Shown: positions 32,449 through 41,253 of the stretch, one piece after another
Layout: every line of letters starts with the position of its first letter
Numbering within the stretch: position 1 is the first letter of the stretch
Position numbers and translations under genes: made by a program
Notes under the pieces: generated by a model
Databases searched by the model: none
Seen by the model: the letters and a program-made list of their open reading frames with translations, nothing else
What the model was told of the DNA's origin: nothing
Source of the DNA: Planctomycetota bacterium
GTDB lineage: Bacteria; Planctomycetota; PLA2; JAEUHO01
Reading direction: 5' to 3'
NCBI GenBank assembly: GCA_050248855.1
Contig: JBFWRP010000007.1
Location: 76,695-140,694, forward strand
DNA length: 64,000 nucleotides

Positions 32449-33242
32449 CAGCGCGGGCCTCCGCGCGCCACGAGCAGGCGCGGGCGTTCGCCCGGCGACA
32501 CGACGACTTCCACGAGGGGGACACCGAGCCAGCCCTCGAGACGGTCGGCCGCGAGGACGTCGGCGGCGGGCCCGTCGGCCACGACGCGACCGCCCGCCAG
32601 CACCAGGACGCGATGGGCCCACGCCGCGGCCAAGTCCAGGTCGTGCATCACGGCGACGACGGCCCGACCGCGTTGGTCGCTCTCTTCGGCGAGCACGCGC
32701 GCGAGCTCCTCGCGCCGCGCCAGGTCCAGGTGTGCGGTGGCTTCGTCGACGAGCAGCACGGCCGCATCCTGGGCCAGGGCGCGGGCGAGCGTCACGCGTT
32801 GCCGCTCGCCCGAGCTGAGCGTGGTGATGACGCGGTCCGCGAACGGGTCCAGCCCCGTGCGCGCGAGGGCCCGTGCGACCTGCTCGTCGTCCTCGGCGCG
32901 CGTGGCGCCCAGCCGTCCGCCCCAGGGGTGGCGCCCCAAAGCCACGACGTCGCGCACCCTCGCGGCGAACGGGGCCTCCTCCTCGGCCAGGACGGCGGCG
33001 ATGCGGCGGGCCGCGGCGCGGCGCCCGACCCGTGCCAGCGGCACGCCGTCCAGGCGCACCTCGCCGGCCTCGGGCCGCGTCCAGCCCCCGGCCACGCGCA
33101 GCCACGTGGTCTTGCCCGCGCCGTTGGCCCCGAGCAGCGCGATGCGCTCGCCCGCGCGCACGCTGCCCCGCTCGACGCTCAAGCGCGGCCTCTCCACGGG
33201 GCCGACGCGCACGCCCTCGAGCTCGAGCAGCGGCGCGCTCAC
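32448..33242 (-). CDS. ABC transporter ATP-binding protein
   Basis: GTG start overlapping the DoxX-like stop (GTGA). Walker A GANGAGKTT, signature LSSGERQR, Walker B LLVDEATAHLD. Confidence 0.9.
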   Translation of the reverse strand: MSAPLLELEGVRVGPVERPRLSVERGSVRAGERIALLGANGAGKTTWLRVAGGWTRPEAGEVRLDGVPLARVGRRAAARRIAAVLAEEEAPFAARVRDVVALGRHPWGGRLGATRAEDDEQVARALARTGLDPFADRVITTLSSGERQRVTLARALAQDAAVLLVDEATAHLDLARREELARVLAEESDQRGRAVVAVMHDLDLAAAWAHRVLVLAGGRVVADGPAADVLAADRLEGWLGVPLVEVVVSPGERPRLLVARGGPR

Positions 33243-33796
33243 GAGAGCCACCGCGGCCAGCGGCCGGCGACTTTGGCGTCCAAGCCCAGCACGCGGCCGG
33301 CTGCCAAGAAGGCTGCCGCGACCAGCAACACCACGAGCAGCCAGTTCGAGGTGTTGGGCGTGAAGATCCACGCGGCCTTGGCCAAGCCGAACACGGTCAT
33401 CAACAGCGCCGCCAGCACGGCCACCAGTCGCGTGCCGAGGCCCAGGACCAAGAGCGCACCGAGCAGCAGCTCGGCCGCCAGCAGACTGCCGCAGACGAAC
33501 CGCTCCCAGGAGGGCGTCCCCAGGGCGACGTCCTGCACGAACGAGGCGAACCCGTGCCACGGCACGCCGAAGATCCTGGGCGGGTCGAGCACCGCGTCCT
33601 CCACGAGCCGGTGGAAGTCGACGGTGCGGAAGTTCTCGATGTGCCCGCCGAGCGACGTGTCGGGGAGAAACGTGAGCTTGTAGATCGCTGAATCGAGCAA
33701 CACGGCGCCCGGGAACACGCGGATCAGCACGAGCGCCAAGCGCTGCAGGAACGGATGCGGAGGCGGGGGACCCTTCCGCCGTGAGCGCGCGGCCAC
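33239..33796 (-). CDS. DoxX/DoxD-like integral membrane protein
   Basis: GTG start with GGCGGAG upstream. Four hydrophobic helices and a general resemblance to the DoxX family. The assignment is tentative. Confidence 0.45.
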   Translation of the reverse strand: MAARSRRKGPPPPHPFLQRLALVLIRVFPGAVLLDSAIYKLTFLPDTSLGGHIENFRTVDFHRLVEDAVLDPPRIFGVPWHGFASFVQDVALGTPSWERFVCGSLLAAELLLGALLVLGLGTRLVAVLAALLMTVFGLAKAAWIFTPNTSNWLLVVLLVAAAFLAAGRVLGLDAKVAGRWPRWLS

Positions 33797-33808
33797 GTCA
33801 GCTCCGCC

Positions 33809-34177
33809 TCACCGCAACGCCTCGGGCGCCGGCTCGTCGGACGGCGGCCGAAGCAGCGGCCCACCGTAGTCCTTGCGCGCCAGGATCCCGTTCGCGTCGA
33901 ACCACAGCACCAGCGGCCGGTTGTCGCCCGCCGGGTCCTTGACCCAGTAGGCCAGCCGGCGAACGCGGCCCGTCCGCGGGTCGCGCTCGACCTCGCGAAC
34001 ATCGGGGTGCTCACGCAACAACCACTCGCCGTCCACGCCCGGGTTCAGCGCCTGCATCGTGGCAAACGAAAGGCCCTCGTCGGTCGGCCCGGCGAACGAA
34101 CCGCAGGCGGCCACGACGGGCAAGGCCAACAAGGCGGCCAGGAAGCGGACGGCGCGGCGCGGGCGGGCAGGTCGCAT
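33809..34177 (-). CDS. lipoprotein, hypothetical
   Basis: MRPARPRRAVRFLAALLALPVVAAC is a lipoprotein signal peptide. ATG 34177 is preferred over 34192/34246 because TACGAT lies 6 nt upstream. Confidence 0.55.
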   Translation of the reverse strand: MRPARPRRAVRFLAALLALPVVAACGSFAGPTDEGLSFATMQALNPGVDGEWLLREHPDVREVERDPRTGRVRRLAYWVKDPAGDNRPLVLWFDANGILARKDYGGPLLRPPSDEPAPEALR

Positions 34178-34183
34178 CGGCTG

Positions 34184-34189
34184 ATCGTA
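34184..34189 (-). promoter_or_regulatory. -10-like box TACGAT, 6 nt upstream of ATG 34177 (leaderless-type)
   Basis: Minus strand reads TACGAT-cagccg-ATG. Confidence 0.45.
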
Positions 34190-34197
34190 CATGCCGG

Positions 34198-34203
34198 TAT
34201 CCT
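34198..34203 (+). promoter_or_regulatory. -10-like box TATCCT, 6 nt upstream of ATG 34210 (leaderless-type)
   Basis: TATCCT-cgggcg-ATG. Only 8 bp from the divergent -10 box at 34184-34189. Confidence 0.45.
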
Positions 34204-34209
34204 CGGGCG

Positions 34210-36330
34210 ATGCACGCCGACGGCGCGGCCCCCCTCGCGGGCGCACCCAACCAGTTCCGCGGGCTGACGCTGTTCCCGTTCCAGCAGCGCGCCCTCCAGG
34301 CGATCTTCGACGGTCATAGCGTGGTCGTGGCCGCGCCGACCGGCGCGGGCAAGACCCTGGTCGCGGACTACGCCATCGAGCGCGCGCTCGGCGCGGGTCG
34401 CCGCGTGGTCTACACGTCCCCGATCAAGGCCCTGAGCAACCAGAAGTTCCGTGACTTCCGCGAGGCCTACGGCGACGGCCGCGTCGGCCTCATGACGGGC
34501 GACGTGACGATGCAGCCCGACGCGGCGCTGCTCATCATGACGACGGAGATCTTCCGCAACACGCTGTTCGAGGACCCGGCGCGGCTGGACGGGTTCGACT
34601 TCGTGATCTTCGACGAGGTCCACTACCTGGACGACCGCGAGCGGGGCACGGTCTGGGAGGAAGCGATCATCTTCGCCCCCGACCACCTGCGGATCGTGGC
34701 GCTCTCGGCCACGATCCCCAACGTCGAGGCCCTCGCCGCGTGGATCGCCCGCGTGCGCGGCCACCACGTCGACGTCATCGTCGAAGAGGCGCGCCCGGTG
34801 CCCCTGGTGCACAAGCTCTGGGTGCCCGCCAAGGGCCCCCGCGCCCTGGACGAGGTCCGCAGGCACTACCGGGCCATCGGCCGCATCACGCCGGACGGAC
34901 GCGCCGTGCGGGCGCGCGGTGGGCGCGGTGGCGGCCGCGGGCGGTCGCGGGCCCTGCAGGCACGGATCATGGACGAGGCCGGTGATGCCCTCGGCGACTA
35001 CCTGGAGGAGCGCGACCTCCTGCCGGCCATCTGGTTCTGCTTCAGCCGCCGCGAGTGCGAGGGGCTGGCCCGTCATCACGCCGCGCGCCGCGAGCTGCTG
35101 AAGGGCGAGGACCGGCGGCGCATGCTGGACGCGTTCGACGACTTGGCCAGGCGCTACGAGTGCCAGGACTCTCCCTCCACGCGGGAGCTGCGCGGCTTGG
35201 CAGGACGCGGCGTGCTGTTCCACCATGCGGGCATGCTGCCGATCGACAAGGAGATCGTGGAGCGGCTGTTCACCAGTGGCCGCGTGCAGCTGCTCTTCGC
35301 CACGGAGACCTTCGCGCTGGGCGTGAACATGCCCGCGCGCTCGGTCTGCTTCCAGTCGCTGCTCAAGTACGACGGGATCGCGTTCGGACCGCTCTTGGCG
35401 CGGCAGTACTGGCAGATGGCCGGCCGCGCCGGGCGGCAGGGCCTGGACGACCGCGGCCACGTGTTCGCCCTCCTCGATGACGGCGAAGTGGACTACGCCG
35501 TGCTCGAGCGGCTGCTCGACGGACGGACCGAGCCCGTGCGCAGCCGCTTCAACCTGAACTACGCCGCGATCTTGAGCCTCTACGGACGCATGGGCGACCG
35601 GGTGATCGAAGCCTGGGAGCGCTCCTTCGCCCACGACCAGCAACGGCGCTGGGCAGCGGCTCGGCACGAGGGGAAGCCGCGCGACAAGCGCCGGAAGGGA
35701 CGCAAGCACGAGGACCCGCTGGCGGCGGGGCCGCCCAAGCCGGCACGCGGGGGCGGCGCACGCCTCATCCGCTCGCGTCTCGACGTGCTCCGGGCGGCGC
35801 GCTACCTCGAAGACGGCGGTCTCACGCGCAAGGGCCGCCTCTGCGAACAGGTCAACGGCTACGAGATCGCCGTCACCGAGGCCATCGAGGGCGGGTTCCT
35901 CTTCCGCTGCGACGCCGTCCAGGCCGCGGTGCTCTTCGCCGCCATGGTCTACGAGTCACGTCCGTCGGATGCGTCGGCGCGCCCGGGGGTGGACTTGCGT
36001 GGGATCCGCGTGCCGTTCGAGGAGCGCATGGCCGCGTTCGCCACGCTCGAGGCCGACCACGGCATCCGTCACCCCACCCGGGGGCCGGACTTCGGGCTGG
36101 CGGCGCCAGTCGAGCGCTGGGCCCAGGGCGGCACGCTGGACGAGATGCTCGACCGCACGACGCTCGCCGCAGGCGACCTGGTGCGCGTGCTGCGGATGAC
36201 GATCCAGCTGCTGCGCCAGGCCGCGCACGCGCTGCCGGCGGGCGACCCCAGCATCGGGGTCCTCCACGAGGCGCGCGCCCGCTTGGACCGCGACGTCGTC
36301 GATGCACGTCGGCAGCTGGAGCTGGGGTAG
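34210..36330 (+). CDS. Ski2/HelY-like DEAD/DEAH-box (DExH) superfamily-2 RNA helicase
   Basis: AAPTGAGKT (motif I), DEVH (II), SAT (III), HHAGMLP, and QMAGRAGRQG (VI). The C-terminal region resembles the HelY/Ski2 DSHCT-type domain. Confidence 0.85.
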   Translation: MHADGAAPLAGAPNQFRGLTLFPFQQRALQAIFDGHSVVVAAPTGAGKTLVADYAIERALGAGRRVVYTSPIKALSNQKFRDFREAYGDGRVGLMTGDVTMQPDAALLIMTTEIFRNTLFEDPARLDGFDFVIFDEVHYLDDRERGTVWEEAIIFAPDHLRIVALSATIPNVEALAAWIARVRGHHVDVIVEEARPVPLVHKLWVPAKGPRALDEVRRHYRAIGRITPDGRAVRARGGRGGGRGRSRALQARIMDEAGDALGDYLEERDLLPAIWFCFSRRECEGLARHHAARRELLKGEDRRRMLDAFDDLARRYECQDSPSTRELRGLAGRGVLFHHAGMLPIDKEIVERLFTSGRVQLLFATETFALGVNMPARSVCFQSLLKYDGIAFGPLLARQYWQMAGRAGRQGLDDRGHVFALLDDGEVDYAVLERLLDGRTEPVRSRFNLNYAAILSLYGRMGDRVIEAWERSFAHDQQRRWAAARHEGKPRDKRRKGRKHEDPLAAGPPKPARGGGARLIRSRLDVLRAARYLEDGGLTRKGRLCEQVNGYEIAVTEAIEGGFLFRCDAVQAAVLFAAMVYESRPSDASARPGVDLRGIRVPFEERMAAFATLEADHGIRHPTRGPDFGLAAPVERWAQGGTLDEMLDRTTLAAGDLVRVLRMTIQLLRQAAHALPAGDPSIGVLHEARARLDRDVVDARRQLELG

Positions 36331-36347
36331 CCCCGGGGCGTTCCGCG

Positions 36348-36353
36348 TAGGAT
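36348..36353 (+). promoter_or_regulatory. -10-like box TAGGAT, 6 nt upstream of ATG 36360 (leaderless-type)
   Basis: TAGGAT-gccgcg-ATG. Lies 18 nt after the helicase stop. Confidence 0.4.
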
Positions 36354-36359
36354 GCCGCG

Positions 36360-38390
36360 ATGAGCCCTGATCCCGCTCGTCGTCGCCCTGGTGGTCCCGC
36401 CTCCACGCCTGCGTCCACGGGGGCCCGGCCCGCCCCCGTCAAGGCCAAGGCCGTCGCCGATCCGTGGATCGGCAAGGTCATCGCCCGCTGCAAGGTCCTC
36501 GAGCAGGTCGGCCTGGGCCGCACGGCGGTCGTGTACCGCGCCCACCACGAGGCGCTGCACCAAGACGTCGCCATCAAGGTGTTGCTGCCCGAGGCCGCGG
36601 CCAACGCCGAGCTCGTCGACCGCTTCCGGCGCGAGGGCCGCTGGATCGCCCAGATCGACAACGAGAACGTGCTCAAGATCCAGGACGTCGGCGTCGAGGA
36701 AGGGCGCCCGTTCATGGTCGTCGAGCTGCTCGAGGGCGAGGAGATCTACGACCTCGTGCAGCGCGAAGGGGCGCTCGACCTCACCGACGCCATGCGCATC
36801 CTGCGTCAGGCGGCTGCGGGCTTGGCCGGCATCCACGCTCGTGACGTGGTGCACCGCGACATCAAGCCGCAGAACCTCTTCCTCCTCGAAGACGGCACCG
36901 TCAAGGTCGTCGACTTCGGTCTTGCGGCCGAGGTGCCGGCGTCCAAGGAGCGCGTGGGCACGCCGCACTTCATGGCACCCGAGACGTGCTCGGACGGCAC
37001 GTCCGGGCCTGCCAGCGACGTCTACAGCCTGGGCATCTCGCTCTACATGCTCCTGACGGGCACGGCTCCCTACGCGGGCAAGTCGGTACGCGAGCTCATG
37101 CAGGCGCACATCGACGCCGTGCCCTTGCGACCCGAGCGGCAGCGCCGCGACCTGCCTGCCCCCCTGGCCGACCTGCTGCGCGAGATGACGGCCAAGGACC
37201 CGGCCGCCCGCCCCACGGCGCAGGAGGTCGTGCGGCGGCTGGACGAGCTGGGCGGCGCGGCACTGCAGGAGAAGGGCACGCTGAAGGGGCGCCGCGGCCG
37301 TCGCACGTCCCGCTCGCGCGCGGCCGTGAAGCGGCGCGAGCGGCAAGCAGCCAAGCAGGGCTCGGGCTCCCAGGTCGTCGTGATCGCCGTGATCGTGGCG
37401 GCGGTCGTGGGCGGCATCGCGTTCCTCGCCAAGGGAGGCGGCGACGAGGGCGAGCCGGGCGGCGCGTCCTCGGGCACCTCGTCCTCCTCCTCGACCTCGT
37501 CGACCGGCTCGAGCGGCACCCCGGGCACGACGCCCGGCTTCACGTCGACCGTCGAGGACCCGGCCGTGACGCGTGCGCGGGAGGAACGCGAGCGGGAGAT
37601 CCGCGAGCGTGAAGCGGCCGTGGCCCTCGAGAAGGAGGCCGCCGACGCACTCACGCGTGCCGAGCAGTTCGCGCGTGACACGTGGCACGGACCGGCCGAC
37701 ACCCAGGTTGTGGTGGACCGCTTCCGCAAGGTGGCTCGCGATCACAAGGACACGGTGGCCGGCGCCAAGGCGAAGGAGCGCGCCCAGGGCATCGAAGCCG
37801 GCGAGGTCCACCCGCACCCGGATCGGACGTGGACGAGTGTCGACCAAGTCGCGGAGGTGCGCGCCGCGTGGCCCGAGAAGCGCGCCGAGCTCGCCGCCAT
37901 GCTGGAGGAGGGCAAGTTCCGCGATGCACTCGCCGCGCTCCCGCCCGAGGTGCATGACGCGGCCGGCACGCTCGCTGCCGACGTGCGGTTCTGGCGCGAC
38001 CACGTTCGTCGCCTCGTCTCGCTGCGCCGCCGCTTGGTCGACGCGGTCAACCGTCGTCATGGGACGGCCGAGCCGCTGACCTTCGAGGCGGATGGCGACG
38101 AGCTGATCCTCGTCAAGATGCAGGAGGAAGGCGTGGACGTGCGCCGCGGGCTCAAGGCCGAACGGCTGCCGTGGTCCGCCGTCCCGGCCGCGGCGGTCCA
38201 GGACTGGGCGGTCGAGCTCCTCAACCAACAGGACGCCGAGGTGCTGCTCGAGGAGATGGCGTTTGCCCTGGTGCACCGCCTGGAGGATGCGTTCTGGTCG
38301 CGCGAGCTGGACCTCGGCTCCCACGACCGCGGCAACGACCTCGCCGCGATCCGCAAGAGCTACCGCGAGGCCTACGAGAAGGGCCAGTAG
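36360..38390 (+). CDS. transmembrane Hanks-type Ser/Thr protein kinase
   Basis: VAIKVL, HRDIKPQNLFL, DFGLA and GTPHFMAPE. TM helix VVVIAVIVAAVVGGIAFLA, a Ser/Thr-rich linker, and a roughly 290-aa extracytoplasmic domain. Confidence 0.9.
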   Translation: MSPDPARRRPGGPASTPASTGARPAPVKAKAVADPWIGKVIARCKVLEQVGLGRTAVVYRAHHEALHQDVAIKVLLPEAAANAELVDRFRREGRWIAQIDNENVLKIQDVGVEEGRPFMVVELLEGEEIYDLVQREGALDLTDAMRILRQAAAGLAGIHARDVVHRDIKPQNLFLLEDGTVKVVDFGLAAEVPASKERVGTPHFMAPETCSDGTSGPASDVYSLGISLYMLLTGTAPYAGKSVRELMQAHIDAVPLRPERQRRDLPAPLADLLREMTAKDPAARPTAQEVVRRLDELGGAALQEKGTLKGRRGRRTSRSRAAVKRRERQAAKQGSGSQVVVIAVIVAAVVGGIAFLAKGGGDEGEPGGASSGTSSSSSTSSTGSSGTPGTTPGFTSTVEDPAVTRAREEREREIREREAAVALEKEAADALTRAEQFARDTWHGPADTQVVVDRFRKVARDHKDTVAGAKAKERAQGIEAGEVHPHPDRTWTSVDQVAEVRAAWPEKRAELAAMLEEGKFRDALAALPPEVHDAAGTLAADVRFWRDHVRRLVSLRRRLVDAVNRRHGTAEPLTFEADGDELILVKMQEEGVDVRRGLKAERLPWSAVPAAAVQDWAVELLNQQDAEVLLEEMAFALVHRLEDAFWSRELDLGSHDRGNDLAAIRKSYREAYEKGQ

Positions 38391-38414
38391 GCCGCGCGAA
38401 GGACATGCCCTACC

Positions 38415-38786
38415 TTACGGCCGGTACCCCACGCAAGCCAGGGCCAGGGCCACGAGGTAGACGGCGACCGAGACGCGCGCGATGAGGGGGTGCCGCGGCC
38501 AGCGCTGCATGCCGCTCCAAGCGGTGAGCAGCAGCAGCGCCGTGGAGACGTAGGCCACGCGGCGATGCCACAGGACGACCTCGGTGAAGCGGTGGGGCAC
38601 GCGCCAGCCCATGACGTAGGTCAGGGCCAGCACGACGAGGATCCCGCCCAGGGCCAGGAGGACGCCCGCGATGCCGAAGCGCTTGTGGCGGGGCGTGTCC
38701 TTGCGCACCCGGTACGCCTGGGCGAAGCACACGGCCGCCGCGAACATGACGGCCAGGTAGGTCCAGAACAGGATCGCCGAGCCCAT
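38415..38786 (-). CDS. small 4-TM membrane protein (DUF420-like?), hypothetical
   Basis: Internal ATG (MGSAILFWTYLAVMF...). Four hydrophobic helices, 123 aa. Confidence 0.45.
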   Translation of the reverse strand: MGSAILFWTYLAVMFAAAVCFAQAYRVRKDTPRHKRFGIAGVLLALGGILVVLALTYVMGWRVPHRFTEVVLWHRRVAYVSTALLLLTAWSGMQRWPRHPLIARVSVAVYLVALALACVGYRP

Positions 38787-38794
38787 GGCGCGGG

Positions 38795-38800
38795 AGGATA
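38795..38800 (-). promoter_or_regulatory. -10-like box TATCCT, 8 nt upstream of ATG 38786
   Basis: Minus strand reads TATCCT-cccgcgcc-ATG. Confidence 0.35.
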
Positions 38801-38907
38801 GACGCTGGTCCTCGGGACCCGGCCAGCCGTCCGGGCCCCGACCGGGTCGCTCCCGGCGACGCGGCCGCCCGTCCGGCAACCCGGCGCGACCTCGGGGGCG
38901 GCGGGGG

Positions 38908-38935
38908 TTGACGGGACGGGCCGGTCCCGTACATT
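38908..38935 (+). promoter_or_regulatory. sigma70-type promoter of tRNA-Gly
   Basis: TTGACG (38908-38913), a 16-nt spacer, then TACATT (38930-38935). The -10 box ends 12 nt before the mature tRNA 5' end. Confidence 0.6.
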
Positions 38936-38947
38936 CCCCCCCGCCTT

Positions 38948-39023
38948 GCGGCTGTAGCTCAATTGGTAGAGCACCAGCTTGCCATGCTGGTTGTTGTCGG
39001 TTCGAGTCCGATCAGCCGCTCCA
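38948..39023 (+). tRNA. tRNA-Gly (anticodon GCC)
   Basis: Cloverleaf folded by hand. Acceptor GCGGCTG/CAGCCGC, D arm GCTC-AATTGGTA-GAGC, anticodon arm CCAGC-TTGCCAT-GCTGG, T arm GTCGG-TTCGAGT-CCGAT, encoded CCA. Confidence 0.95.
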
Positions 39024-39032
39024 TTCCCTTGA

Positions 39033-39070
39033 CGAGCCCCGTGGGCCTGACCGCCTCCGGGGCTCGTTTC
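39033..39070 (+). terminator. terminator-like hairpin after tRNA-Gly
   Basis: CGAGCCCCG / CGGGGCTCG 9-bp stem, 16-nt loop, followed by TTTC. Confidence 0.5.
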
Positions 39071-39096
39071 GTCTCGCCGGCTCGCACGGAGGGCAT

Positions 39097-39480
39097 GTGT
39101 CCACGAATCCGCCCTCTGGCCGACCGCCCACCCCGCTCGACGCCCCGCCGCTCGAGCTCCCCACGCGCCCGGCGGCCGACGAGCTCGTGACGGTCGGCGT
39201 CAGCGGCATCCATGGCACCGGGCTCTTTGCCGTACGGGACATCCCTGCCGACACGCCCCTCGGCGTGGCCGAGGGCGTGGCCACGCGCCGCAACGGCCCG
39301 CACGTGCTGTGGTACGACGACGAACGGGGTGTCCAGCGGGGCTTGGTCGTGACCAACGTGCTTCGCTACGCCAACCACGCGCGCCCCGGCAACGCGGCCT
39401 TCTACGGGCTCGAGATGTGGAGCACGGCGGCCATCCCCGCCGGCGCCGAGGTCACCCTGGACTACGGGACGGACTGGTAG
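39097..39480 (+). CDS. SET-domain protein (putative lysine methyltransferase)
   Basis: GTG start (uncertain). GIHGTGLFA, RYANHARPGNA (NHxCxPN-like) and EVTLDYG are SET signatures. 127 aa. Confidence 0.65.
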   Translation: MSTNPPSGRPPTPLDAPPLELPTRPAADELVTVGVSGIHGTGLFAVRDIPADTPLGVAEGVATRRNGPHVLWYDDERGVQRGLVVTNVLRYANHARPGNAAFYGLEMWSTAAIPAGAEVTLDYGTDW

Positions 39481-39593
39481 TCCCCCTCGCTCGCACGGAA
39501 GTCGCGCCCGCCCTTGGTCGATGATGGAAGCGGGTAGGTGCCACGGCAGCGGGCCGCGGCGCCCCGGCGGGCAACGCGGCGGAGGCACCGGGC

Positions 39594-40382
39594 ATGGGCA
39601 TCGGCCTCCTGCTGCTCGTCGCGATCGTGCAGGGCCTGACCGAGTTCCTGCCCGTCAGCTCGTCGGGCCATCTCGTGGCAGCGGCCGAGCTGTTCGACCT
39701 CGGGCTGACCGGCCGTGGGCGCGAGGCGTTCTTCGTCCTCCTGCACGGCGCCTCGCTGCTGGCCGTGCTGATCGGCTTGGCCCCCACGTGGCTCCGTCTG
39801 CTACGCGGTGGGGCTTGGAAGCGGACTGTCGGCCTCGCACTGCTCGGGAGCGTGCCGGCCGCGGCGGCGGGCTTGGGCCTGCGGGCCCTGGGCGCCACGG
39901 GGCTGTTCGAAAGCCTCGCGCTGGTCGCTTTCGGCTGGGGGGTGACCGCCGTCGTGCTGCGCGCAACGCGCGGCCGCAACGGAGGGACCGACCCGTTCCA
40001 CGGCACGTTCCCCACGGCGCTCGTGCTGCTGGTCGGTGCGGCGCAGGCCCTGGCGCTGGTTCCGGGCATCAGTCGCTCGGGGGCGACGATCGCGGCCGCG
40101 CTGCTCCTGGGGACGAAGCGGCGCGAGGCCTTCGAGCTGAGCTTCCTCCTCGCCATCCCCGCCATTGGCGGCGCGCTGCTGCTTGACGCCGGCGAGCTGG
40201 GGCACCTGCCGGAGGCGGCAGGCGGACTTCCCTTGGGCCTGGCGTTCGCCGCCGCGTTCGGCGTCAGCCTGGCCGCCCTCGTCCTGCTGCGCCGCGTCGT
40301 CGAGCGCGAACGCCTCCACGTCTTCGCGCCCTATTGCGCGCTGCTGGCGGTTGCGACAGCCGTGTACCTGCTCGTCGGGTGA
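39594..40382 (+). CDS. uppP: undecaprenyl-diphosphate phosphatase
   Basis: VQGLTEFLPVSSSGHL signature with about 8 TM helices. GGAGG SD. Confidence 0.9.
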   Translation: MGIGLLLLVAIVQGLTEFLPVSSSGHLVAAAELFDLGLTGRGREAFFVLLHGASLLAVLIGLAPTWLRLLRGGAWKRTVGLALLGSVPAAAAGLGLRALGATGLFESLALVAFGWGVTAVVLRATRGRNGGTDPFHGTFPTALVLLVGAAQALALVPGISRSGATIAAALLLGTKRREAFELSFLLAIPAIGGALLLDAGELGHLPEAAGGLPLGLAFAAAFGVSLAALVLLRRVVERERLHVFAPYCALLAVATAVYLLVG

Positions 40383-40423
40383 GACGCGGCGCACGCAGCC
40401 AGTCGCAGTACCGCCGTACGCAG

Positions 40424-41098
40424 CTACGGTCGGCGCGCCAACGTCGCCTGCTGCAGGAAGACACGCGAAAGGCCCAGACCACGCCCGATGCTCTCGACGA
40501 GACCGGAGCCCGGCAGGTCGACGGGCAGCGGCATGTAGCGCACACCGCGGACGACATCGAAGCCAGCGCCCTCGAGGTGTTGGCGCGTCTCGCGCAAGGA
40601 CCAGCGGTGCGCGAGCCAGCGCGGGTCGAAGTGACCCCGCCAAAGCCCCAGCCGGAGTCCCCACGGCGTGGGGTCGGCCACCACGAGCACGCCGCCCGGT
40701 CGCAGCACGCGGGCCAGCTCGCGCAGCGCCCCATCGGCATCGGGCACGTGCTTGAGCGTGGCGACGAGCGTGGCCACGTCGATGCTGGCGTCATCGAACG
40801 GCAGGGCTTCGGCGCGCGCCGCCACGACGTCGTGCCCGGCCTCCCGAGCCGTGGCCACGAGGTCCTCGGAGGCCTCGACGCCGACACGCTCGCTGGCCGG
40901 GAACGACGCGGCGAAGGCGGCCAACATGCGCCCATCGGCGGTGCCCACGTCCAGCAGCCGGAAGGCCTCCCCCGCCGCGGCCCCACGGCCCTCGCGGACG
41001 AGGCTCGTGACCATGGCCGTACGGCGCAGGAACCCGTCGCGGAACAGACGGGACCGGCCGCGGAGCTCGGCGTACTGGCGGAAGCCCTCGGCGGTCAT
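40424..41098 (-). CDS. class I SAM-dependent methyltransferase
   Basis: Motif I LLDVGTADGRM, and post-motif LRPGGVLVVAD. GGAGGTG SD. Confidence 0.75.
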   Translation of the reverse strand: MTAEGFRQYAELRGRSRLFRDGFLRRTAMVTSLVREGRGAAAGEAFRLLDVGTADGRMLAAFAASFPASERVGVEASEDLVATAREAGHDVVAARAEALPFDDASIDVATLVATLKHVPDADGALRELARVLRPGGVLVVADPTPWGLRLGLWRGHFDPRWLAHRWSLRETRQHLEGAGFDVVRGVRYMPLPVDLPGSGLVESIGRGLGLSRVFLQQATLARRP

Positions 41099-41211
41099 GG
41101 CACCTCCAGGCGGGACGGGGCCCCACCCCTTGTATGCACCTGTTCACCTACTCCGAGAAGCAACCGGCAAGGGTGCGTTGGCGCCACTCGGAGCCGAGCG
41201 CAAGCGCCACG

Positions 41212-41253
41212 GGTCGGGTCGCCAGGGCGACGGTAGCGCGCCCGCATCGGCGA
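41212..41253. repeat. intergenic repeat, copy 2 (see 19058-19099)
   Basis: GGTCGGGTCGCCAGGGCGACGGTAGCGCGCC, followed by cgcatcggcga. Confidence 0.8.

Noticed and set aside
33797-34209. Possible cobalamin or other riboswitch ahead of the BtuCDF-type operon
   Set aside because: The available non-coding space is only a few tens of nucleotides and shows no conserved riboswitch core. The operon appears leaderless.
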